A DNA stretch of 32,710 nucleotides from Eubacteriales bacterium (GCA_046156285.1 JAZNCB010000047.1:1-32710); one strand, 5' to 3'. Counted from the first letter of the stretch, positions 16,089 through 24,069 are shown. Numbers and translations are program-made. The notes: generated by a model not told the origin, from the sequence alone.

Positions 16089-16203
16089 GCGTCGTCAAAC
16101 GATGCAATGAAATGCGACTTTGTCGCTTGAAATGACGTCAAGCCGTCTTGAAATGGTCGCACGCAACCGCAAAATGCACCCGCACACTTGGGCGAAAATG
16201 AAG
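16089..16203 (+). repeat. Hairpin array with conserved WTGAAAT linkers (array A)
   Basis: GCGTCGtcaaaCGATGC-AATGAAAT-GCGACtttGTCGC-TTGAAAT-GACGtcaagcCGTC-TTGAAAT-... The array begins 3 nt after the AraC stop codon. Confidence 0.6.
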
Positions 16204-16254
16204 AAAAGGTAATAAAAGAGCTCAAAAATCCCCCCTATCACCCTTAACGTTTGC

Positions 16255-16299
16255 GAGGGCAGCTCAAGCTACAAAGCTTGGTCTGCCCTCTTTGATTTG
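16255..16299 (+). terminator. Intrinsic terminator downstream of array A
   Basis: GAGGGCAG-ct-CAAGCT-acaa-AGCTTG-gt-CTGCCCTC is followed by TTTGATTTG. Confidence 0.65.
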
Positions 16300-16323
16300 T
16301 GCGTTGTGCGTTTGGCACGACGT

Positions 16324-17922
16324 TTATATTTCGCGCTCGAAGAAGCCCTCAAGTCTTACAGGGCTCTTGCCCTGCGGCTTGATTTTGCCAAGGATAACCT
16401 TTGCCGCCGCAATCTGCGAGGTTGCAACGCCTGAGTATGCGTTGACGTAGGTTTTAAGATAGGGGAAATCGTAGAGCTTATACGGGTCGCCAAACGAAAC
16501 GAAGACGAGCTTTGGGTGCTTCAGGATATATCCGCGCCAGAAGAGCTTTACGTTGTTCCAGCCTACTCTGAGAGTTGCGCCGTGATAGTTCATACAGTTC
16601 ATATTGCAGTTGATTACTATCGCGTCATAGTCGTCCATAATATCCTCGATATCATAGTGCTTCGGCGAATACATAACGTCAACCGAAATTCCCTCTTTCT
16701 CGAATTCAGCCTTCATAGGCTCAAACTCGTTGCCAGTGGGATTTCTTCTGCCGTTAAGCTCCATCATTATAATCATAAGCACGCGGCTTCCCTTTTTGAG
16801 ATCAAGAGGAAGAACGTTTTTCATATTTCTTATAACTGTAATACTCTTGTCGGCAATCTTCTGCGAAATTTCCATAAGCTCGGCATTTACGCTCTTGGGG
16901 TCACCCATCTCGACGGGCTTGTTGTCGAAAAGCTTTGCCTTTTCTTTAAGAACAAGGATACGGCGAACCGCATCTTTAAGTCTTTCAATAGAAAGCTCAC
17001 CGCGCTCGATAGCGCCCTTTATGTTCTCAAAATCGTTCTTCTCCGGGAAGAGCACGAAGTCACCGCCTGCGGCAAGGAAAGTCGATGCGATTTTATCAAT
17101 ATCAATACGCGAGCAAACGCCTATCATACTCATAGCATCGCTCATTATACAGCCGTCAAAGCCGAGCTCGCCTTTGAGAAGGTCGGTCATAAGGCTCTTA
17201 CTAAGCACCGCAGGGGGTGCACCGTAGAAATCGTCTACGTTCTCTTCAAACGCGGGGACTGCAATATGCGCCGCCATAATAGCGTCAGTGCCTGCGTCTA
17301 TCATTCTCTTCCAGACCATTCCGTAGGTCTTCATCCACTCTTCACGGGAAAGAGGATTTATCGTAGTCATAAAGTGCTGGTTGCGGTTGTCCATACCGTC
17401 ACCGGGGAAATGCTTCGTGCAGTTGAGAAGACCGCTGCTCTTCGCACCCTTTGCATAAGCCTCTGCAATCTTTGCAACGTGTTCGGGATTGTCGGAAATG
17501 GAACGAATATTTATTACGGGGTTCTCGAAATTCATATTTATATCAACGACGGGGGCAAGCGCCATGTGCATATTGCGAAGCTGCTGTGCCTTTGCGGTAG
17601 CCTTACCTGCCTCGTAAGCAAGCTCTACGTCGTCAGCCGCGCCAAACGCCATATTTGACGGGAAGGAAATTACCTGATTGGTAAGTCCCCACTCAACGTC
17701 ACAGGTCGTAAGCACGGGCGCTTTCGTATACTTATTAACGATATCAACGTACGTCTGTATACGCTCGTTTGATACACCGTTCAAGAAAATTCCGCCGGGC
17801 TTTATTTTCTTGACAAATTCCTCAAACTCTACGAGGTCATCATCGTCCTTGAACTGATAGCAAAGCACCTGACCTATAAGGTCGTCAAGGCTCATTTCTT
17901 CAACAAGCTTCTGAATGTCCAT
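16324..17922 (-). CDS. Glycoside hydrolase family 3 (NagZ/beta-hexosaminidase- or beta-glucosidase-like)
   Basis: The KHFPGDG motif and the nucleophile region GCIMSDAMSM are present. It is 532 aa with a C-terminal alpha/beta domain. The RBS is AAGGAG. Confidence 0.8.
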   Translation of the reverse strand: MDIQKLVEEMSLDDLIGQVLCYQFKDDDDLVEFEEFVKKIKPGGIFLNGVSNERIQTYVDIVNKYTKAPVLTTCDVEWGLTNQVISFPSNMAFGAADDVELAYEAGKATAKAQQLRNMHMALAPVVDINMNFENPVINIRSISDNPEHVAKIAEAYAKGAKSSGLLNCTKHFPGDGMDNRNQHFMTTINPLSREEWMKTYGMVWKRMIDAGTDAIMAAHIAVPAFEENVDDFYGAPPAVLSKSLMTDLLKGELGFDGCIMSDAMSMIGVCSRIDIDKIASTFLAAGGDFVLFPEKNDFENIKGAIERGELSIERLKDAVRRILVLKEKAKLFDNKPVEMGDPKSVNAELMEISQKIADKSITVIRNMKNVLPLDLKKGSRVLMIIMMELNGRRNPTGNEFEPMKAEFEKEGISVDVMYSPKHYDIEDIMDDYDAIVINCNMNCMNYHGATLRVGWNNVKLFWRGYILKHPKLVFVSFGDPYKLYDFPYLKTYVNAYSGVATSQIAAAKVILGKIKPQGKSPVRLEGFFEREI

Positions 17923-17938
17923 TTCTAATCTCCTTTAA

Positions 17939-18745
17939 TCAATCATTTTTTATATGCACGTCAAGCTGGTTATACGGAATTTCTATTCCGCTTGCGTCAA
18001 ATGCCTTTTTGACCTTTTCCATAAGATCAAATTTTACACTCCAATAGTCAGAGCTTTTAACCCAAACTCTCGCAGTTATATCTATTGAGCTGTCCGCAAA
18101 CTCGGTAATACCTACAAAATATTTCGGCTCGGATAAAACAAGCTCTTGCTTCTCTATTTCAGCTATTATAAGCTCCTTTGCCTTTTCGGTATCAGCGGCA
18201 TAGTCAACGTTAAATACTATATCTACTCTGCGGGTTTCCTTTTCGGAATAGTTGATTATATTTCCGCTTGAAAGCGCACCGTTTGGAACGTAAACCACCT
18301 TGTTATCGGGCGTTCTTATTTTCGTACAGGTGATGTGTATGTCTTCTACAGTACCCGATACGTCCTGCGCCTCTATGAAATCGTCAATCTTGAACGGTCT
18401 TGTAACGATAATGATTATTCCGCCCGCAAGATTTCCGAGCGCGCCGTTCAGCGCAAGACCTATACATGCGCCCGCAGAAACGAGAAGGGCTGTAATTCCG
18501 CTGGTATCAATTCCGAGATATCCGACAAGTGAAACAAGAACGACAACCTTTGCGCCTATTTTGAAAACGTACGCAAGTGTTCTCGTCAGAGTTTTATCGT
18601 GCTTATCGCCCTTTTTCTCGATTTTGCGTGAAATTCTGTTTATTATCTTGAATGAAATTATCCAGAGGATAAAGGCTATTATGATTTTGATTCCGGTGCT
18701 CGCCGCCCAATTAAGCACCATGTTAAACAGAGCCTTCCAGTCCAT
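17939..18745 (-). CDS. Small-conductance mechanosensitive channel (MscS family), 268 aa
   Basis: N-terminal TM helices are followed by the conserved MscS core (NLAGGIIIIVTRPFKIDDFIE...GTVEDIHITCTKIRTPDNKVVYVPNGAL). ATG 18745 (MDWKAL) is preferred as the start over 18796. Confidence 0.8.
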   Translation of the reverse strand: MDWKALFNMVLNWAASTGIKIIIAFILWIISFKIINRISRKIEKKGDKHDKTLTRTLAYVFKIGAKVVVLVSLVGYLGIDTSGITALLVSAGACIGLALNGALGNLAGGIIIIVTRPFKIDDFIEAQDVSGTVEDIHITCTKIRTPDNKVVYVPNGALSSGNIINYSEKETRRVDIVFNVDYAADTEKAKELIIAEIEKQELVLSEPKYFVGITEFADSSIDITARVWVKSSDYWSVKFDLMEKVKKAFDASGIEIPYNQLDVHIKND

Positions 18746-18844
18746 TATACCGCATCCTTTTATTTTTATTACACGTAAATTATATACTGAAAGCACATAT
18801 TTGTCAACCGTTTTTCGACTTTTCTATAATGTTTTGGCAGAGTA

Positions 18845-18874
18845 TTGAAAAAAACGCACACATTATGGTATAAT
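18845..18874 (+). promoter_or_regulatory. SigA-type promoter of the rubredoxin gene
   Basis: TTGAAA (18845-18850), an 18-nt spacer, then TATAAT (18869-18874) with a TGn extended -10. It overlaps the palindrome ATTATggtATAAT. Confidence 0.5.
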
Positions 18875-18919
18875 ATAGACAGAACCGATAAATTCGGTAA
18901 AAGAAAGGAGTTTTTTTAT

Positions 18920-19078
18920 ATGAAATACGTATGTGACGCTTGCGGATGGGAATACGATGAGGCTCTCGGCGATGCCGACCTCGGAATTGCTCCCGGAACT
19001 AAATTTGAGGACCTCCCCGACGACTTTGAATGTCCCCTTTGCGGAGTTGGCAAGGATATGTTTTCAAAGGCTGAATAA
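18920..19078 (+). CDS. Rubredoxin (52 aa)
   Basis: [13 protein letters not shown]...[10 protein letters not shown] carries the two CxxCG knuckles. The RBS is AAAGGAG. The start was trimmed from the track ORF (18845) to ATG 18920. Confidence 0.9.
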   Translation: MKYVCDACGWEYDEALGDADLGIAPGTKFEDLPDDFECPLCGVGKDMFSKAE

Positions 19079-19128
19079 TTAAAATTTGTCAAATTTTATC
19101 TTTATTGTTTAATAAATTTTGAAACCTA

Positions 19129-19157
19129 TTGACATTCTCAAAGAAAACAATTATACT
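19129..19157 (+). promoter_or_regulatory. SigA-type promoter of fucO
   Basis: TTGACA (19129-19134), a 17-nt spacer, then TATACT (19152-19157). Confidence 0.55.
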
Positions 19158-19210
19158 AATCTTGTGTAAATGACAAATTTATAACAAACTACTTTTGAAA
19201 GGGCAAAAAA

Positions 19211-20356
19211 ATGAACAGATTTGTACTTAACGAAACATCTTATCACGGCGCAGGCGCTATTGCCGCTATCGCTGACGAGGTTAACGCTCGCGGATTCAAA
19301 AAGGTATTCGTAGCTTCTGACCCCGACCTTATTAAGTTTGGAGTTACAAAAAAGGTAACTGACGTGCTTGACGGCGCGAAAATCGCTTACACTATCTTCT
19401 CAGAAATCAAACCCAACCCCACAATCGAGAACGTTCAGGCAGGAGTTAAGGCTTTCCGTGAGTCCGGTGCTGACGTTATCGTTGCTATCGGCGGCGGTTC
19501 TTCAATGGATACAGCAAAGGCTGTTGGTATAATCATCACAAACCCCGAGTTTGAGGACGTTCGTTCTCTTGAAGGCGTTGCTCCCACAAAGAATAAGTGC
19601 GTTCCTATCATCGCAGTTCCCACAACAGCAGGTACTGCGGCAGAGGTTACTATCAACTACGTAATCACTGACGTACAGAACAACAGAAAGATGGTATGCG
19701 TTGACGTTCACGACATTCCCGTCGTTGCAGTTGTTGACCCCGACATGATGTCCACAATGCCTAAGGGACTTACCGCAGCAACAGGTATGGACGCTCTTAC
19801 ACACGCTATCGAGGGCTATATCACAAAGGGCGCTTGGACACTTTCCGATATGTTCCATATCGAAGCTATCAGAATCATCGCTGAGTCTCTCCGCGGCGCA
19901 GTTGCTAACGAGAAGGCAGGCAGAGACGGAATGGCTCTCGGTCAGTATATCGCAGGTATGGGCTTCTCTAACGTTGGTCTTGGTATCGTTCACTCCATGG
20001 CTCACCCCCTTGGCGCTCTCTACGATACCCCTCACGGCGTAGCTAACGCTATCATTCTTCCTACCGTTATGGAATACAATGCTCCCGCAACAGGCGATAA
20101 GTACAAGTACATCGCAAAGGCTATGGGCGTTGCAGGCGTTGACGAGATGAGCGTTGAAGAGTACCGCAAGGCTGCAATCGACGCAGTTAAGCAGCTCTCA
20201 CTTGACGTTGGAATTCCCGCTGACCTCAAAGAAATCGTTAAGCCCGAAGACGTTCAGTTCCTTGCTGAGTCTGCATACGCAGATGCTTGCCGTCCCGGCA
20301 ACCCCAGAGAAACAAGTGTTGAGGAAATCATCGAGCTCTACAAGAAGCTTCTCTAA
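19211..20356 (+). CDS. fucO: Iron-containing alcohol dehydrogenase, lactaldehyde reductase (1,2-propanediol oxidoreductase)-like
   Basis: It is collinear with E. coli FucO across long stretches: NPEFEDVRSLEG, PTTAGTAAEVTINYVITD, DALTHAIEGYITKGAW. Confidence 0.8.
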   Translation: MNRFVLNETSYHGAGAIAAIADEVNARGFKKVFVASDPDLIKFGVTKKVTDVLDGAKIAYTIFSEIKPNPTIENVQAGVKAFRESGADVIVAIGGGSSMDTAKAVGIIITNPEFEDVRSLEGVAPTKNKCVPIIAVPTTAGTAAEVTINYVITDVQNNRKMVCVDVHDIPVVAVVDPDMMSTMPKGLTAATGMDALTHAIEGYITKGAWTLSDMFHIEAIRIIAESLRGAVANEKAGRDGMALGQYIAGMGFSNVGLGIVHSMAHPLGALYDTPHGVANAIILPTVMEYNAPATGDKYKYIAKAMGVAGVDEMSVEEYRKAAIDAVKQLSLDVGIPADLKEIVKPEDVQFLAESAYADACRPGNPRETSVEEIIELYKKLL

Positions 20357-20398
20357 TACAAACAGAGGCTTTTGCGCTTGACTTAACCTTATAAAAGC

Positions 20399-20426
20399 AG
20401 AGGTGTTGTGTAAAAGCAACACCTCT
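20399..20426 (+). terminator. Hairpin after fucO (no clear U-tract)
   Basis: AGAGGTGTTG-tgtaaaag-CAACACCTCT is a perfect 10-bp stem. The loop TGTAAAA resembles the TGCAAAA loops at 12240 and 21670. Confidence 0.4.
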
Positions 20427-20458
20427 CTAATTAGAAGAAAAATTTGCGGATATCTATT

Positions 20459-21424
20459 ATGGAAAAAATTTGGGGAATTTTCGTATTTTTAAGCACCAAC
20501 CAATACCAGTCAGTTTCTAAAAATCTTACCCTCGAAGACGATTTTTGGGATTACATTCTTGACGAAGCTGAGAAAGCTAAAATGAACACTATCATTTTAG
20601 ACGTAGGAGACGGCGTTGTATTTAATAGCCACCCGGAAATCTCTCTTCCTGATGCTTGGACACGAGAGAGAGTTCACGAAGAGCTTGAAAAGTGCCGCAA
20701 AAAAGGAATTAAAATCATACCGAAGCTCAATTTCTCTCACTATCACTCCTATTGGATGCACGACTACCGTGGCTCTGTTTCAACGAAGAAGTACTACCCT
20801 CTCTGCTCCGACCTTATAAAAGAGCTATATGAGATTTTTGAAGGTCCCGAATATATACATCTCGGTATGGACGAGGAGGAATATCTTCCTGTAAAGAGAA
20901 GCACGGAGCTTCTGATTCACGACACGAAGTTCCTTATAGACGAGGTAAACAAAACCGGAGCCAAGGCTTGTATCTGGTGCGACATTCTCATTCAGAACAA
21001 TGCTGAATTCACCGAGGCTATAAAGCCCGATGAGGTTATAATTTTCCCGTGGTACTACGATTCCTACAAAAAGGAAAACTATAAAACCATTGAGGCATCA
21101 TGGGGGCCGAATGACAAATTCATTCGCCGTGGCTACAAGTACAATGAGGAAACTCCTCACGCAATACTTTTCAGAGAGCTTCCTGCGGCAATGCAATATG
21201 CAGGCTACAAGTACGTGCCCACAATGTCGGTTAACCTCACCGGAAACCCGGACGTTAACACAGACGAAACCATGGAGTTTTACAAAGCTAACATCCACGA
21301 TGAAAATCAGGTGCTCGGCTACGTGACAGCTCCCTGGTACGTAACAAACTGGTCAAGCAAACAACACTTCGATAAGTCTTTCGACCTTTTCGTTAAGGCT
21401 CGCAAAAAGCACTACAATATATAA
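20459..21424 (+). CDS. Uncharacterised protein, possibly a TIM-barrel glycosidase-like enzyme (321 aa)
   Basis: The ORF is intact and has no signal peptide. The IHLGMDEEE segment is loosely reminiscent of the H.GGDE region of GH20-type barrels, which is weak evidence. The start is uncertain (ATG 20459 versus TTG 20444). Confidence 0.5.
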   Translation: MEKIWGIFVFLSTNQYQSVSKNLTLEDDFWDYILDEAEKAKMNTIILDVGDGVVFNSHPEISLPDAWTRERVHEELEKCRKKGIKIIPKLNFSHYHSYWMHDYRGSVSTKKYYPLCSDLIKELYEIFEGPEYIHLGMDEEEYLPVKRSTELLIHDTKFLIDEVNKTGAKACIWCDILIQNNAEFTEAIKPDEVIIFPWYYDSYKKENYKTIEASWGPNDKFIRRGYKYNEETPHAILFRELPAAMQYAGYKYVPTMSVNLTGNPDVNTDETMEFYKANIHDENQVLGYVTAPWYVTNWSSKQHFDKSFDLFVKARKKHYNI

Positions 21425-21653
21425 GGGGCTCTCACATTTGGTAAGACCGAAAAAGACCGGAAAAACAAATAAAAAATCTCAAAACGAGTTAAAACTTGTA
21501 AATGAGACGGTATGTGGTTGAAATCCTACGGATTTCTTCGTTTTGATGGTCTTTTTCTACCGCCGTTTCCTTCCTCTCGACGTATTTATATACGCCTTCG
21601 GGGCGGAAAACGACGCTTCTTCCTCAAATCTGCCTATCCCCTTTGTCAAACTG

Positions 21654-21700
21654 AATGGGGTGTCTCAAATGCAAAATTTGAGACAGCCCATTGTTTTATC
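21654..21700 (+). terminator. Intrinsic terminator at a convergent gene junction
   Basis: AATGGGGTGTCTCAAA-tgcaaaa-TTTGAGACAGCCCATT forms 16 bp with one G-G mismatch and is followed by GTTTTATC. Confidence 0.7.
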
Positions 21701-23897
21701 TGATAAGATCCTCTTCGGTATTTGTCTTGCGGGACTTGCCTGCTTTTTCGGAAATTTCCTTTGCTGCCTTGAACGCTGCACGGATTTTTTCCTCTGAAAG
21801 AGTTGTTTTAATATATTTCTTTGAATTTACCGCAAAAGTTACAGAGCCCTCGTCGCCTGCAATTTCAAGCTCTTCTCCGAACACCTCGGAAAGATACTTG
21901 ATGCGCGACTTGGGAAGCATAAGAGTAAGCTTTCCCTCTCCATCCTTATGCCAGATGGCAACGTAACGAGCCTTACCGTATTCAAAGATGAATGCGCCAA
22001 TCTCCTCGGGAGCTTCAAGCTCGTAGTAGCGAACGAGCTGATACTTGCCGTTTTCGTCGATTATAAGTGTGTACTCGTCGGTTGTATCGCGCATAAGCGC
22101 TTTCATATCGTCGGTGAGCCACTTCTTTGCTCTTACGTCCTCCCAACGACGAATGACCTCCATTATGTCGTCAAGTCTCGGAACGGAATCGAGAGTTTCC
22201 TTATCTCTGAACATAATGGTAGCGGGACAGTCCCAAGCTGCCGCGCGGCTCATACCGTACTCGTAGGTGTCGGGCTGAGTGTCGGGAAAAATCTGCCACC
22301 AGCCAAAGTTGACACGGGTGAAGTCCTGACGCATTTCCTTTGCCGCAGTTACGGGGAATCTGTCTATCATTCTCTTAAACGTGCTTGTCGGGAAAACGTC
22401 GAACGCATTTGCACCGCTGAGAATATGCCAACCAAAGTGTGCCTTTGCCGCACCCTCTGCAAAGAGGGGCTTCTTTTTAAGCTTCTTATAAACTCTGTAC
22501 TGTGCGTTAGGTATATGATACTCGTAGGGTGGATTTGCTCCCTCCGAGCCGTCGTAATAAACGAACTCAAAGCCAAGATTGTATGCCGCCGCAATTTTGT
22601 CGGCAATTTCGTCTTGGAGGTCGGAATTCTGATTGATATATGCACTCGTTGCCATATATTCGCTTATATCAAGTATTCCGCCGATTTGTCCCTCCTCGTG
22701 CTCGCATATATCGGTAGCATAAGCGCCCCTTTCGCAGCCGAGGAATGCATAAGGATATTTGGTAGTATACGAGGTATACGAAATAAGCTCTGTGCCAAAC
22801 TTCAAAACCCTCTTTTTATCTACCATTACGGTATCTACCGGGTTTTCGTCTACGTATATCGTGCTGTCCTCCTTTGAAAGAGGCTTTGCAAGGGTGAAGC
22901 GTCTTGTAAGGCTAAGTCTTCTATCTGCCCTCGGGGTGACGTATCTCGTATTAAGTCCGATATGGGTATGAAGAAAATGGATACCGGGGATAATTCCCGC
23001 CTCTCTTATACGGCGAAGCATAGCTTCGAGGTCCTTTGCTCCGTTGGGATATTCCTCGTTGTAATCGTAGTCACCGCAGAATGACCACCCCTTGCGAAAT
23101 TCGTGGAAAATCGCCTTGTAGTTTATAAGCATAAGGCGGAAGCCGCCGCGCTTTGCCTTTTCGATATTGTAATCGACGTTCTTCGGGTTGATTTTGCCCG
23201 TCCAATAAATCGAGGCGTTAACTATATCGCTTCTTCTGCTCTCAACTCCAAGGGGAAGGTCAAAGTCGTGCTCGATTTTATCTACTGCGTCAAGAAGCGC
23301 GCACTTTTTGCAGGCGGTAAGAATTGCCGAAGCTCCGCGGAGCTTAATGCCCGAGACTGCATCAGCGGTAAGAATACGGAAGCCGTCACGTCTTTCCGCA
23401 TCTATTCTCGTATGAGCCGAGGGAGCTATAAGAGCGGTTGCACAGCTCTCGTCCCAAACTACGTTAAGCCACTTTCCAAAAAACTCGCGATTTTTAATCG
23501 GGAGTGCCATAAGTCTGAATTCGCTTACGGGAGGGAGCGACATTATAATGCCCTCGTAGTCGGTCTCGTGCACGATAAAGTCAAGAAGAGTAAAGGTGAG
23601 ATATTCGTCTGCGCAGTCTACCTTGACTACCGCTTCGTAAGGAGTTATCTCAAAGCCAACGATAAGCTTGTCGCCGTCAAGCCTTACTCTGTTTGCGAAA
23701 AAGGTCGTGCGCTTATTCATATATATGAGCTTGTTTTCGTTGTTGTAGGGGCGCTCTTGGGTAACGCTGAACATTGAAATGTTCGCAGCGGTGTCAAGGC
23801 ATTCCTCGCCGTTTTCTTTTATAACAAGGCTTTTTGCCTTAGCGTCCTCGCCTACTTCAAGCCTGAAAGCCTGATTTTCGAAAATTATGTTTGCCAT
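21696..23897 (-). CDS. Large uncharacterised protein (733 aa), candidate carbohydrate-active enzyme by context only
   Basis: The long ORF is intact. I chose ATG 23897 as the start (GAGGT RBS) because the predicted -10 lies inside the first codons of the track ORF. I recognised no family motif. Confidence 0.6.
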   Translation of the reverse strand: MANIIFENQAFRLEVGEDAKAKSLVIKENGEECLDTAANISMFSVTQERPYNNENKLIYMNKRTTFFANRVRLDGDKLIVGFEITPYEAVVKVDCADEYLTFTLLDFIVHETDYEGIIMSLPPVSEFRLMALPIKNREFFGKWLNVVWDESCATALIAPSAHTRIDAERRDGFRILTADAVSGIKLRGASAILTACKKCALLDAVDKIEHDFDLPLGVESRRSDIVNASIYWTGKINPKNVDYNIEKAKRGGFRLMLINYKAIFHEFRKGWSFCGDYDYNEEYPNGAKDLEAMLRRIREAGIIPGIHFLHTHIGLNTRYVTPRADRRLSLTRRFTLAKPLSKEDSTIYVDENPVDTVMVDKKRVLKFGTELISYTSYTTKYPYAFLGCERGAYATDICEHEEGQIGGILDISEYMATSAYINQNSDLQDEIADKIAAAYNLGFEFVYYDGSEGANPPYEYHIPNAQYRVYKKLKKKPLFAEGAAKAHFGWHILSGANAFDVFPTSTFKRMIDRFPVTAAKEMRQDFTRVNFGWWQIFPDTQPDTYEYGMSRAAAWDCPATIMFRDKETLDSVPRLDDIMEVIRRWEDVRAKKWLTDDMKALMRDTTDEYTLIIDENGKYQLVRYYELEAPEEIGAFIFEYGKARYVAIWHKDGEGKLTLMLPKSRIKYLSEVFGEELEIAGDEGSVTFAVNSKKYIKTTLSEEKIRAAFKAAKEISEKAGKSRKTNTEEDLIR

Positions 23898-23929
23898 TTC
23901 GCTACCTCGTGGGAAAATATTTATACTCA

Positions 23930-23999
23930 ATTTTAACACAGTTACGGTTGTTTGTCAACAAGCGGTGACAACTTGAAAACAAAATATTTACAAGCGGTG
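23930..23999 (-). promoter_or_regulatory. Promoter of the 733-aa gene with two upstream direct repeats
   Basis: On the minus strand, TTGACA (23958-23953) is followed by a 17-nt spacer and TAAAAT (23935-23930). CACCGCTTGT repeats lie at 23967-23958 and 23999-23990, 32 bp apart, and the proximal copy abuts the -35. Confidence 0.5.
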
Positions 24000-24020
24000 C
24001 GATTTATGTTATAATTAAAT

Positions 24021-24057
24021 CGAAAAAGCACCGAGCCGATTTACTTCGGCTCAGTGC
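24021..24057 (-). terminator. Intrinsic terminator of the MFS gene
   Basis: On the minus strand, GCACTGAGCCGA-agtaaa-TCGGCTCGGTGC forms 12 bp with one mismatch and is followed by TTTTTC. Confidence 0.7.
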
Positions 24058-24069
24058 CCGCCTGCGAAT

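Noticed and set aside
16089-16203. Whether the regularly spaced arrays here and at 31985-32140 are CRISPR arrays
   Set aside because: The conserved unit is only a 7-nt linker. The variable parts are themselves 11-25 nt palindromic hairpins rather than unique spacers. The period of 18-25 nt is far too short, and no cas genes are present in the window.
16516-17658. Long antisense ORFs inside confidently assigned genes. Examples are the 380-aa ORF opposite the GH3 gene, and also 777-1292, 2690-3208, 3670-4386, 5636-6190, 14364-14927, 25872-26351, 28660-29358 and 31282-31815
   Set aside because: Each lies entirely within, and opposite to, a gene with clear family motifs and an RBS. Their translations are low-complexity, Arg/Ser/Cys-rich and have no recognisable domains, which is typical of shadow ORFs.
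21512-21797. 63-aa and 84-aa ORFs in the long intergenic region
   Set aside because: They have no RBS, run through hairpins and the terminator, and their peptides are Arg/Phe/Leu-rich with no features. The region is better explained as structured non-coding DNA or RNA.
21948-22877. A 309-aa plus-strand ORF overlapping the 733-aa minus-strand gene
   Set aside because: It has no RBS or promoter and its composition is typical of an antisense frame. The minus-strand ORF is much longer and has a promoter, an RBS and a terminator. The minus-strand gene is itself of unknown function, so this rejection is a little less certain.
23987-24015. A plus-strand promoter-like TTTACA-17-TATAAT that would drive antisense transcription into the MFS gene
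   Set aside because: It directly faces the MFS terminator hairpin and no plus-strand gene follows. The TTTACA overlaps the distal CACCGCTTGT repeat, so the match is probably a by-product of AT-rich operator DNA. It could be revisited with dRNA-seq.
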